Positions 1 to 6,960 of a stretch of 28,753 bases of DNA are shown here, piece by piece (position 1 is the stretch's first letter; every line of letters starts with the position of its first letter). Source of the DNA: a virus (taxonomy: Duplodnaviria > Caudoviricetes); IMG/VR virus record IMGVR_UViG_3300029930_000012, positions 1-28,753 of that record; one strand, given 5' to 3'. The notes under the pieces were generated by a model. The model was not told the origin of the DNA and made no database searches. It saw only the letters and a program-made list of their open reading frames with translations. The translations under genes were made by a program, and so were the position numbers.

Positions 1-19
1 TTTGACTGGGGTGATAAAG

Positions 20-916
20 ATGGATGTTGATTTAAGAAAATTGGCTCGCGGTCGATGGCATTACATTTTGCCGATGCTCGGGGTCGATCAAAAGTTCCTG
101 ACGAAGAAGAACGGTCCCTGCCCTATGTGCGGCGGAAAGGATCGCTTCCGGTTCACGGACTTTCAGGGTGAGGGGCGGTATTATTGCACCCAGTGCGGGC
201 CGGGCGATGGCTTCGATCTGTCCGGCAAGGTGACTGGCAAGAAGTTTCCAGAGATCAGAGACTGCATCATGCGAGTATCGGGGAGTGTTAGGCCAGTGGT
301 CGAAACGGTCGATGTTGAGGGTTGCATCAAGGCGGCGGCCGAGCGTTGGAAGAAGGGGCGCACCCCTCCGGTGGACGGGCCAGTTCATACCTACCTGAGA
401 CAACGTCTCGGCGCGTTCCCTGCCAATGTTGAGAACATCCGCCAGTATGAGGGAAACCTGATTGCTCGTGTGTCAGGTCCGATGGGCGGTGGCGTAAACA
501 TCCAGACAATCGAATTGAAGACAGAGGCTGGCACAGTCATCCGAGGCGAAAAGAAGGTCATGAAGGGCGTTTTGCCGAAGGGTTCGGCGATCAGGCTTGC
601 GGAGCCCTTCGATGGCGTTCTGGGCATCGCTGAGGGGATAGAGACGGCATTGAGCGCTTGGGGCCTGTTCGGTGTGCCGACATGGTCTGTGATCAGCACG
701 ACGGGCATGGTAAACTGGACCCCGCCCGAGGACGTAAAAACAGTGATCGTCTTCGGGGACAATGACGAGAACTTTGCCGGGCAGTCGGCCGCGTATTCCA
801 TCGCCAACAAGTTGGTGACGCAGTTTAAGAAGAGGGTCGAAGTCAGAATTCCTCCGATTGAAAGCGCGGACTGGAATGATGTGCTGAAGGTCAGGCTGAA
901 CAGTGGGCATCTTTGA
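20..916 (+). CDS. Phage DNA primase (P4 alpha-type Zn ribbon + TOPRIM)
   Basis: N-terminal CPMC..GKDRFRF..CTQC zinc ribbon. C-terminal TOPRIM motifs AEGIETALS and FGDND..AGQ.AA. ATG at 20 preferred over TTG at 2. Confidence 0.9.
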   Translation: MDVDLRKLARGRWHYILPMLGVDQKFLTKKNGPCPMCGGKDRFRFTDFQGEGRYYCTQCGPGDGFDLSGKVTGKKFPEIRDCIMRVSGSVRPVVETVDVEGCIKAAAERWKKGRTPPVDGPVHTYLRQRLGAFPANVENIRQYEGNLIARVSGPMGGGVNIQTIELKTEAGTVIRGEKKVMKGVLPKGSAIRLAEPFDGVLGIAEGIETALSAWGLFGVPTWSVISTTGMVNWTPPEDVKTVIVFGDNDENFAGQSAAYSIANKLVTQFKKRVEVRIPPIESADWNDVLKVRLNSGHL

Positions 917-1077
917 TGATGACGTTCTATTGGATCATAGGCTTGTTGCTGTTTGCCGTGCCGATTGGGCTGATGGTGTTGGTGGCCTTTATGGCGCTAA
1001 CGGATCAGTCTACATTGGAGGAGCAACTTGAGGCGGCCGAATGGCTCCAAGACGTTGACGAAACGACAAAAAACTAA
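916..1077 (+). CDS. Small membrane protein (53 aa), not in ORF track
   Basis: ATG overlaps the primase TGA. MMTFYWIIGLLLFAVPIGLMVLVAFMAL is a hydrophobic helix followed by an acidic tail. Confidence 0.6.
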   Translation: MMTFYWIIGLLLFAVPIGLMVLVAFMALTDQSTLEEQLEAAEWLQDVDETTKN

Positions 1078-1083
1078 TACAAT
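1055..1083 (+). promoter_or_regulatory. Sigma70-type promoter upstream of terS
   Basis: TTGACG-17 nt-TACAAT. Confidence 0.6.
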
Positions 1084-1105
1084 TCAAACAGTTACGGTGA
1101 TTGAT

Positions 1106-1828
1106 ATGGCTGAAGAAAAGGACGAGAAGGTTGAGGCTTCAAACCCATCCGGTGGTAAGAAAAGGAAGCGAAAGCCTGAAAAAGTGGCTTCTCAAGTCGA
1201 AGCGACAGAAACCGAAGATGATGAAGAGGACGAGGAAACCAAGCGGGCAAAGAAAGCCGCCAGAGAAAAGTGGCGAGCCAAAACCCTCGAAAGACTTTAT
1301 GAACTGGGAATGCCCGTAACAGACGAGGCAACAGTCGAAGCCCTCATGCAAGCCTATGAGGCTGAATACAAGATTAACATGCTCATAGAGAGGGTAGGAA
1401 GACCAACCAAGTATCATCCTCTCCTGTGTGACTGGGCCATATGGCTCGGCAAGAGGGGATACAGCATCAGGCAGATCGCCGTTCTCTTCGATGTTTCACA
1501 TGAAACACTTTATGCTTGGGGACGCGAAAAACCGGAATTTTCTGACGCTCTCACGCGCGCACGAGAAGCTGCGCAATATTGGTGGGAAACTGTCGGTCAG
1601 GCATCGCTGCATTCCAAGCAGTTCCAGTTTGGGCTTTGGAACAAGATCGTGTCGAGCCGCTTTAAGGCCGACTATGTTGACCAGCGGGGCCTTCCATACG
1701 ATCCTAAGGCCGCGAAAGAAGTCACGGAGCGCAAGGTTCTCGTTCTCGACCCTGCCGATATGACGATTGAGCAAAAGGAAGCCGTTCTGACAGCGCTCGA
1801 ACAGGCCAGACAGAAAGAGGAGCAATGA
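1106..1828 (+). CDS. terS: Terminase small subunit (HTH) with charged N-terminal extension
   Basis: GRPTKY..LC...G.SIRQIA..FDVS.ETLY.W...KPEFSDAL.RAR..AQYWWE pattern typical of small terminases. ATG at 1106 lies downstream of the promoter. Confidence 0.72.
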   Translation: MAEEKDEKVEASNPSGGKKRKRKPEKVASQVEATETEDDEEDEETKRAKKAAREKWRAKTLERLYELGMPVTDEATVEALMQAYEAEYKINMLIERVGRPTKYHPLLCDWAIWLGKRGYSIRQIAVLFDVSHETLYAWGREKPEFSDALTRAREAAQYWWETVGQASLHSKQFQFGLWNKIVSSRFKADYVDQRGLPYDPKAAKEVTERKVLVLDPADMTIEQKEAVLTALEQARQKEEQ

Positions 1829-2235
1829 GTAGATTCACATGGGGCCTTTGTATGGCCTTGGCCGTGCTGCCAGCGGCTGCATCACCGGGGGTAGATGCGA
1901 TGTTGGACGAGGCGGCCCGGAGACACAGCATTCCGGCGGACATCGTCCATGCCGTGGCGATGGTCGAAAGCACCAAAAGGTGCGGAGTGAAGAACGGTGG
2001 CTCACAGGGACTGATGCAAGTCCAGAGGGGAGCCGCCCGAGAAGTAGGTATCCAATTCCCGTTCAGATCCTGTGAGGATGAAATCGAGGCTGGTGTCCGG
2101 TATTTGAAGTTGGCCCTTGAGAAGGGCGGTTACGGGTGCAGCGGGATCACCCTTTACAACACCGGAATATACGCCAAGCCGCACTGTTCCGATTATGGAA
2201 GGAAGGTCATGAACATGAGGAAGAAGTTCCAATAA
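1825..2235 (+). CDS. Lytic transglycosylase (SLT domain) with signal peptide
   Basis: Catalytic AVAMVES, GLMQV and YNTG motifs; hydrophobic N-terminus. Confidence 0.88.
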   Translation: MSRFTWGLCMALAVLPAAASPGVDAMLDEAARRHSIPADIVHAVAMVESTKRCGVKNGGSQGLMQVQRGAAREVGIQFPFRSCEDEIEAGVRYLKLALEKGGYGCSGITLYNTGIYAKPHCSDYGRKVMNMRKKFQ

Positions 2236-2248
2236 TGTAAACGAAAAG

Positions 2249-2276
2249 TTGACATTACCCTGCCGAGGAGTAGGAT
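2249..2276 (+). promoter_or_regulatory. Sigma70-type promoter driving the small-ORF array
   Basis: TTGACA-16 nt-TAGGAT with an A-tract upstream. Confidence 0.65.
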
Positions 2277-2364
2277 GTGTTTTGTCCCTCGCCGGGACAG
2301 GTGGGCAGTCAATTGAACGCAAGCCTCTGGCTGCCCACCACTTAAACAAATAATTGAGATTGAT

Positions 2365-2646
2365 ATGAGCAAATCTTTTCGTATGGCTACGAAATTGATC
2401 CGTCCGGGCGGCGGTTGGCATGAGACCGAGGGCTTCGTTGTTACGTTCTGCCCTGACAAGATCTTTGATCAGGTCGTGATCGCCAGTAAATCTAAGTATG
2501 GGAACGACCAAGAGAAGATCAGCCTGTCTCTTGAGGAGGCAGAGTGGCTTGTGACGTTTATTAAACAGGCCAGAGAATCTTACGAGCAATGGAAGAAAAA
2601 CAAAGATAACGAATATGGGATGCGAGATTATGGTGAAGGCATCTGA
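2365..2646 (+). CDS. Hypothetical protein
   Basis: 93-aa ORF, first after the promoter and leader. Confidence 0.65.
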   Translation: MSKSFRMATKLIRPGGGWHETEGFVVTFCPDKIFDQVVIASKSKYGNDQEKISLSLEEAEWLVTFIKQARESYEQWKKNKDNEYGMRDYGEGI

Positions 2647-2845
2647 CAAATACCGAAACTGGTTTGACAGCGATAAGTTGGTCTCTGATCTGATGGATCA
2701 GGCGGCCGACGATATTGACGAGCGCGATGCCGAGATTGAGCGGTTGCGGGAGGCGTTAAAAGATAAGGATGAATTGATCCAATATCTCGAAGGTCACATT
2801 GATGGCCTAAAAAAGTTTGTTGTTCAACAAAAGGAGAGTGAGTGA
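2630..2845 (+). CDS. Modular array ORF 1 (EIERLREAL ... QQKESE)
   Basis: Contains repeats A and B; coiled-coil, ead/ea22-like motif. Confidence 0.7.
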   Translation: MVKASDKYRNWFDSDKLVSDLMDQAADDIDERDAEIERLREALKDKDELIQYLEGHIDGLKKFVVQQKESE

Positions 2846-2949
2846 TGGAAGTTTTATTACCAAGTCTGCCGGAGATAATCATCGCTCTGATTGGTGTTTT
2901 GGCGTGGCGGCACTATGAACGCATCAACCAACAAAAGGAAAGTGAATGA
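2845..2949 (+). CDS. Modular array ORF 2, 34-aa single-TM peptide (not in ORF track)
   Basis: MEVLLPSLPEIIIALIGVLAWRHYERINQQKESE*, bounded by two repeat-B copies. Confidence 0.7.
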   Translation: MEVLLPSLPEIIIALIGVLAWRHYERINQQKESE

Positions 2950-3200
2950 TGGATATGACACGTCACTATCATGATTTGTATGGCGAGGAATCAAAAGATC
3001 AGAAAATCAAACGTTTGTATGCCGAGATTGAGCGGTTGCGGGAGGCGTTGAAGATATTTGCTATTTACGCAGATTATCTTGACGAGAATTATGGAGACCA
3101 TCCTGACCATTATGTGTCTAAAGGATTTAGAGGAGAAATAATTACGTTTGGAGATTTTCGTAAAGCCCGTTCCGCCCTTCAACAGAAGGACAGTGAGTGA
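2946..3200 (+). CDS. Modular array ORF 3
   Basis: MMD start, AEIERLREALK, ARSALQQKDSE end. Confidence 0.75.
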   Translation: MMDMTRHYHDLYGEESKDQKIKRLYAEIERLREALKIFAIYADYLDENYGDHPDHYVSKGFRGEIITFGDFRKARSALQQKDSE

Positions 3201-3418
3201 TGGATATTGTTGAACAGCTTCGCAAATATCAATGTCCTGAAAACAAAGGGTGCAATCCTGTTGTTGATTATTGCCAATGCGCTTTGATGGATAGCGGAGC
3301 CGACGAGATTGAGCGGTTGCGGGAGGCGTTGAAAATAATTTCCTGCAAATGCAAATCAAATTGCGGAAAGGACGAAGGCAATTGTCTTTATTGGGTCGCC
3401 CGTTCCGCCCTTCAATAA
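3197..3418 (+). CDS. Modular array ORF 4, Cys-rich
   Basis: Two 4-Cys segments flank DEIERLREALK; ends ARSALQ* at a TAA inside repeat B. Confidence 0.75.
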   Translation: MMDIVEQLRKYQCPENKGCNPVVDYCQCALMDSGADEIERLREALKIISCKCKSNCGKDEGNCLYWVARSALQ

Positions 3419-3429
3419 AAGGAGAGTAA

Positions 3430-3750
3430 GTGATGGATGATAAAATTTACGTTGAGCCTCATGAAGCAACATGCACCATATTTTTAAAACAAGGGAAAAA
3501 AGTGTTTATCATCAAGGAAGATGGAACCCCTATGCTTGGGCCAGACGCAACGGTTGATGACGCGGCAAGAGTATTGGTTGATGCTCTCGCAGAAGGGATG
3601 CATAGATATATTTCTTCAATAAAAGCGGATAATGAACAATTGCGTGAAGCGTTGCGAGCCATAAATCGTAAAAATGATAACCCTGCTTGGTTCAATCCTG
3701 ACATTCATGAAATAGTTGAAACCGCCCTTCAACAAAAGGATACTGAGTGA
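3430..3750 (+). CDS. Modular array ORF 5
   Basis: NEQLREAL, TALQQKDTE end. Confidence 0.75.
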   Translation: MMDDKIYVEPHEATCTIFLKQGKKVFIIKEDGTPMLGPDATVDDAARVLVDALAEGMHRYISSIKADNEQLREALRAINRKNDNPAWFNPDIHEIVETALQQKDTE

Positions 3751-4148
3751 TGGACATCAAGACGCGTCTGACTCGATGCTGTGGCAAGCCAATCGGCGGC
3801 GACAATTGCCGTGAAGGACTGCGTTGCTCCGACTGCTTTGATAAGTTGGAAGGGTTGCGTGAAATTGAAGAATTGAGAGAAGTGTTAAAACCATTTGCAA
3901 AAATTGCTGATGATTATGAAACCCTTCATGACGAGGATTATGTCAGCGTCCACAGGCATGACATTGAACTGCGTCATTTTAGGGCGATCCGTTCTGTCTT
4001 TAATAAAAGCAAGGTGAAACATGGCGACCGTGAAAAAGGGGACGATAACGCCACCGCCGCAGTGGTGGAAGCATCTGAGAGATTGGAAAAGGGTGTTTTG
4101 GAAACGCGAGCGAAAGGCGCAAAACAAAGAGGCGCGGAAACAAAATGA
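3747..4148 (+). CDS. Modular array ORF 6 (Cys-rich N-terminus; C-terminus possibly read-through)
   Basis: CCGK..C..C..C, EIEELREVLK, and a degenerate AIRSVFNKSK where repeat B is expected. Confidence 0.6.
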   Translation: MMDIKTRLTRCCGKPIGGDNCREGLRCSDCFDKLEGLREIEELREVLKPFAKIADDYETLHDEDYVSVHRHDIELRHFRAIRSVFNKSKVKHGDREKGDDNATAAVVEASERLEKGVLETRAKGAKQRGAETK

Positions 4149-4161
4149 ACTTCATCGGTGA
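4021..4161 (+). CDS. Small basic Trp-rich protein (46 aa), not in ORF track
   Basis: AAGGTG RBS then MATVKKGTITPPPQWWKHLRDWKRVFWKRERKAQNKEARKQNELHR*. Confidence 0.55.
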   Translation: MATVKKGTITPPPQWWKHLRDWKRVFWKRERKAQNKEARKQNELHR

Positions 4162-4699
4162 TCTGTCGCGCCAAGACGCATGGGTGCTTGAAGAGTATGG
4201 GCACAGATGCCCGCGCATTCTCGAATTTGGTGCAGGTGGATCGACTCAGATCTTTGCTCAGTGCCAACCGACGGTGCTGATTAGCGTTGAGACTGCACAG
4301 GAATGGATCGACAAGACCAAGAAGAACTTGGCTCGGTATCAGCCATGCACTGATCCGGTATTCGTTCGATATGCCAGTCATCCGAGGCAGGAATACGATC
4401 TAATTTTCGTCGATGGCGTGTGGGATCTGCGTTGGGATTTTGCTCAAACGACATGGCCATTGCTGCATAAGAATGGCGTGATGATTTTCCACGATACACG
4501 GCGATGGTTCGATGCGCACAATGTGTTTGATCTGGCCAAAATGTATTGGAACGAAATCGACAAGATCTACATGAATTTGGACGATAGCAATTGCTCTATC
4601 ATACATAAGCGCCCGAAGGTTGAGTATGTGAATTGGAACTACAGCGAAGGCAAACCGTTGTGGATGTATGGGCAGGGCGATCCGCCAGAGGGGGAATGA
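4145..4699 (+). CDS. Class I SAM-dependent methyltransferase (Methyltransf_24-like)
   Basis: ILEFGAGGST motif I, ISVE, YDLIFVDG, IFHD. Confidence 0.8.
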   Translation: MNFIGDLSRQDAWVLEEYGHRCPRILEFGAGGSTQIFAQCQPTVLISVETAQEWIDKTKKNLARYQPCTDPVFVRYASHPRQEYDLIFVDGVWDLRWDFAQTTWPLLHKNGVMIFHDTRRWFDAHNVFDLAKMYWNEIDKIYMNLDDSNCSIIHKRPKVEYVNWNYSEGKPLWMYGQGDPPEGE

Positions 4700-5457
4700 T
4701 GACACCGAACACAATCCACTATGTTTACCCGGCATGGCCAAACACACGGCCGCTTTCGTATGTAAACTATATCTGCGTGAAGTCCGCGATTGAAAACCAT
4801 CATCCCGACAAGGTGAAGTTCTGGATTGATGGCGATCCGGTGGACAATGAATGGTGGCGCAAGATTCAGGATATGGTGACGGTTGAGCGCCGACCGATGA
4901 ATGGTTCATATCGAGGCATTGGAATTGAATGGCCGCAGCACCAATCAGACGTGACGAGGCTTGAGATCTTGAAGGAAGAAGGCGGGATATACCTTGATAC
5001 TGATGTTCTGGTTCTCCCATCATTTGAAATCATACTGGATGAAGAGAGCGATGATTTCGTAATCGGGACAGAACCGGGTGATAAGTCATTATGCAATGCG
5101 GTCATGATGTCACCTAAAAAGCATCCATTTATTGAGGAATGGTTGGACGTTATGCCAGCAGCTTTGGCATCCAACGTGTGGGCCAAAGGTGGCGTTGTTT
5201 CGCCCTTTGAAATTGCAGAATCATATACGACTAATTTGGTCATAATGGAGGCAGACAATTTCTGCCCCTTTGACTTGCATTATCCGTATGCTTTTGAGCC
5301 GAGGCTTACAAGGGCGGCGGAGGCTTTGACGGTAGACTCAAGCGCAATTCATCTGTTTGAAACCTATTGGCGCGATACCATTAAGAACATCACTCCAGAG
5401 TGGGTTGAGAAGAACGACTGTTATTTCTCGCGATTCGTTAAAGGGGAAATCGAATGA
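4696..5457 (+). CDS. DXD glycosyltransferase (GT32/OCH1-like sugar-binding domain)
   Basis: PNTIHYV, SDVTRLEIL..EGGIYLDTD, CNAVMMS...HPF, AIHLF. Confidence 0.85.
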   Translation: MMTPNTIHYVYPAWPNTRPLSYVNYICVKSAIENHHPDKVKFWIDGDPVDNEWWRKIQDMVTVERRPMNGSYRGIGIEWPQHQSDVTRLEILKEEGGIYLDTDVLVLPSFEIILDEESDDFVIGTEPGDKSLCNAVMMSPKKHPFIEEWLDVMPAALASNVWAKGGVVSPFEIAESYTTNLVIMEADNFCPFDLHYPYAFEPRLTRAAEALTVDSSAIHLFETYWRDTIKNITPEWVEKNDCYFSRFVKGEIE

Positions 5458-5771
5458 TCTTGCAATTAAACCCTCCCATTCCGGTGGAGACACCCAAGGG
5501 TAAGGCTTTGGCCCAACTTGTGATAGACTATGGCCCCGAGCATGATTTGCTTTGGGTTTGTTTTCAGGACAACACGAAGGAGTGCTGGACATGGGGAAAT
5601 CCGCAGATCAGGGCGCAAACAAATATTACGATGGACCGAATGCCATCGGACCCGAAGACCGCCTCATTTCCATTGGATGGCATTGGAATTACGGCTTTTT
5701 ACGACGCAGCGAAATGGACAACAGGGATAACTACAAGGGCTACTGTTACGAAGCCCCTGACGGTGACATGA
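5454..5771 (+). CDS. Hypothetical phage protein
   Basis: ATGA overlap with the upstream gene; LNPPIPVETPKG...IDYG.EHDL.WV. Confidence 0.7.
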   Translation: MILQLNPPIPVETPKGKALAQLVIDYGPEHDLLWVCFQDNTKECWTWGNPQIRAQTNITMDRMPSDPKTASFPLDGIGITAFYDAAKWTTGITTRATVTKPLTVT

Positions 5772-5929
5772 TTTATACAGAACGGGTGGATCATGATAAA
5801 ATATGTTTCTTCAATGAGTGGTTGGACGGCGAAACGCACGAAAAGTATCTTACTTTGGACCCGCGACCGACTAAGTTTTTGGTGGAAGAATATGGCTCTC
5901 GAAGCCATCCGGGTCGTGTGCAATTATGA
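5714..5929 (+). CDS. Hypothetical protein
   Basis: Internal ATG of ORF 5552-5929; fills the gap between neighbours. Confidence 0.45.
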   Translation: MDNRDNYKGYCYEAPDGDMIYTERVDHDKICFFNEWLDGETHEKYLTLDPRPTKFLVEEYGSRSHPGRVQL

Positions 5930-6203
5930 TTATCGGTTCGCCGCTGGTGCTGTGATGTGGGCCTTTCGGCAGCGCTGGCATATCTTCAAGATGCGTTGGC
6001 CAGTCTATAAACGGCTGCATGAATTGGAGAAGGATTATTGGCATCTTTGGGATCAGTGGGCCGAATTGGACTTACAGCATCGGTCGCTGTATATCAAATA
6101 TCAGGATCTAAATGATGAAGTTCGATATTGGGAAACACGACACGCAAAGATAATGAACTACATCGAAAAGAAAATGGAACTGGACGAAACTTGGGGGAAG
6201 TAA
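5892..6203 (+). CDS. Hypothetical coiled-coil protein
   Basis: Internal ATG; stop overlaps the next start (TAATG). Confidence 0.55.
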   Translation: MALEAIRVVCNYDYRFAAGAVMWAFRQRWHIFKMRWPVYKRLHELEKDYWHLWDQWAELDLQHRSLYIKYQDLNDEVRYWETRHAKIMNYIEKKMELDETWGK

Positions 6204-6958
6204 TGGACAATCCGCATATCTTTTTGGCCACGCCGATGTATGGCGGCCTTGCTCATGCGAAATACATGGAGAGCATTTTGATGCTTGCCAATTTCGCGCG
6301 GGAGAACAACGTGAGCATTACGTTCTCGTTCATGGGCAACGAAAGCCTGATCACTCGAGCGCGCAATGCATTGGCGCATGGGTTTATGACCACGCCATGC
6401 ACACATCTGTTTTTCGTCGATGCGGACATTGGCTTTAGGCCGATTGATGTGATCCGCATGATTAAAGCCGACAAGGACATCATTGCGGGTGTATATCCGA
6501 AGAAGGACATCAACTGGCTTGCCGTTGGCGCGGCCGCCCGCAGCGGAGTGCCGGACAATCAACTGTTCCGGCACACGGGCGACTTTGTGATCAATGTCGA
6601 TAATGCTCCCGAGGGCGGGTTCAGTGTTCCGACCGATGAGCCATTCCCTGTCCGCAACGCTGGCACAGGACTGATGCTGATCAAACGCAGGGTCTTTGAA
6701 ATCCTGAAGGACCATGTCCCGTCATACACGAACAACATGACGATGCAGAACCAATCGTTGCAGATGAAGCCGGACAAGATCTACGAGTATTTTGCGACAA
6801 GTATTGACCCGGAACACAACGTCCTTCTTTCGGAGGATTATCACTTCTGCCAGTTATGGAAAAAGACAGGCGGTGAAGTGCATATCGCGCCGTGGGCAGA
6901 TCTGACCCACAACGGAACATATGAATTTTCAGGACATTTTCAGCGAAAGCCGACCTAA
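6203..6958 (+). CDS. GT-A fold glycosyltransferase-like protein
   Basis: FLATPMYGG, ESLITRARN, LFFVDADI (DXD), AGTGLMLIKR.VF, LSEDYHFC. Confidence 0.72.
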   Translation: MDNPHIFLATPMYGGLAHAKYMESILMLANFARENNVSITFSFMGNESLITRARNALAHGFMTTPCTHLFFVDADIGFRPIDVIRMIKADKDIIAGVYPKKDINWLAVGAAARSGVPDNQLFRHTGDFVINVDNAPEGGFSVPTDEPFPVRNAGTGLMLIKRRVFEILKDHVPSYTNNMTMQNQSLQMKPDKIYEYFATSIDPEHNVLLSEDYHFCQLWKKTGGEVHIAPWADLTHNGTYEFSGHFQRKPT

Positions 6959-6960
6959 AA

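Larger units (their letters stand above)
2731..3330 (+). repeat. Repeat A: exact 27-nt direct repeat CGAGATTGAGCGGTTGCGGGAGGCGTT x3
   Basis: Copies at 2731-2757, 3023-3049 and 3304-3330. Degenerate copies near 3631 and 3861. Confidence 0.95.
2823..3754 (+). repeat. Repeat B: gene-junction repeat (GCCCTT)CAACAAAAGGAGAGTGAGTGATGGA x5
   Basis: Copies at about 2823-2849, 2929-2955, 3165-3206, 3398-3438 and 3722-3754. Encodes ALQQK[ED]SE*, the SD AAGGA(G) and a TGATG stop/start overlap. Confidence 0.92.

Noticed and set aside
2731-3754. CRISPR array or DGR interpretation of repeats A and B
   Set aside because: The repeats are in-frame coding, alternate between two types, and have long irregular spacing. 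No cas or reverse transcriptase gene and no A-specific variation is seen.
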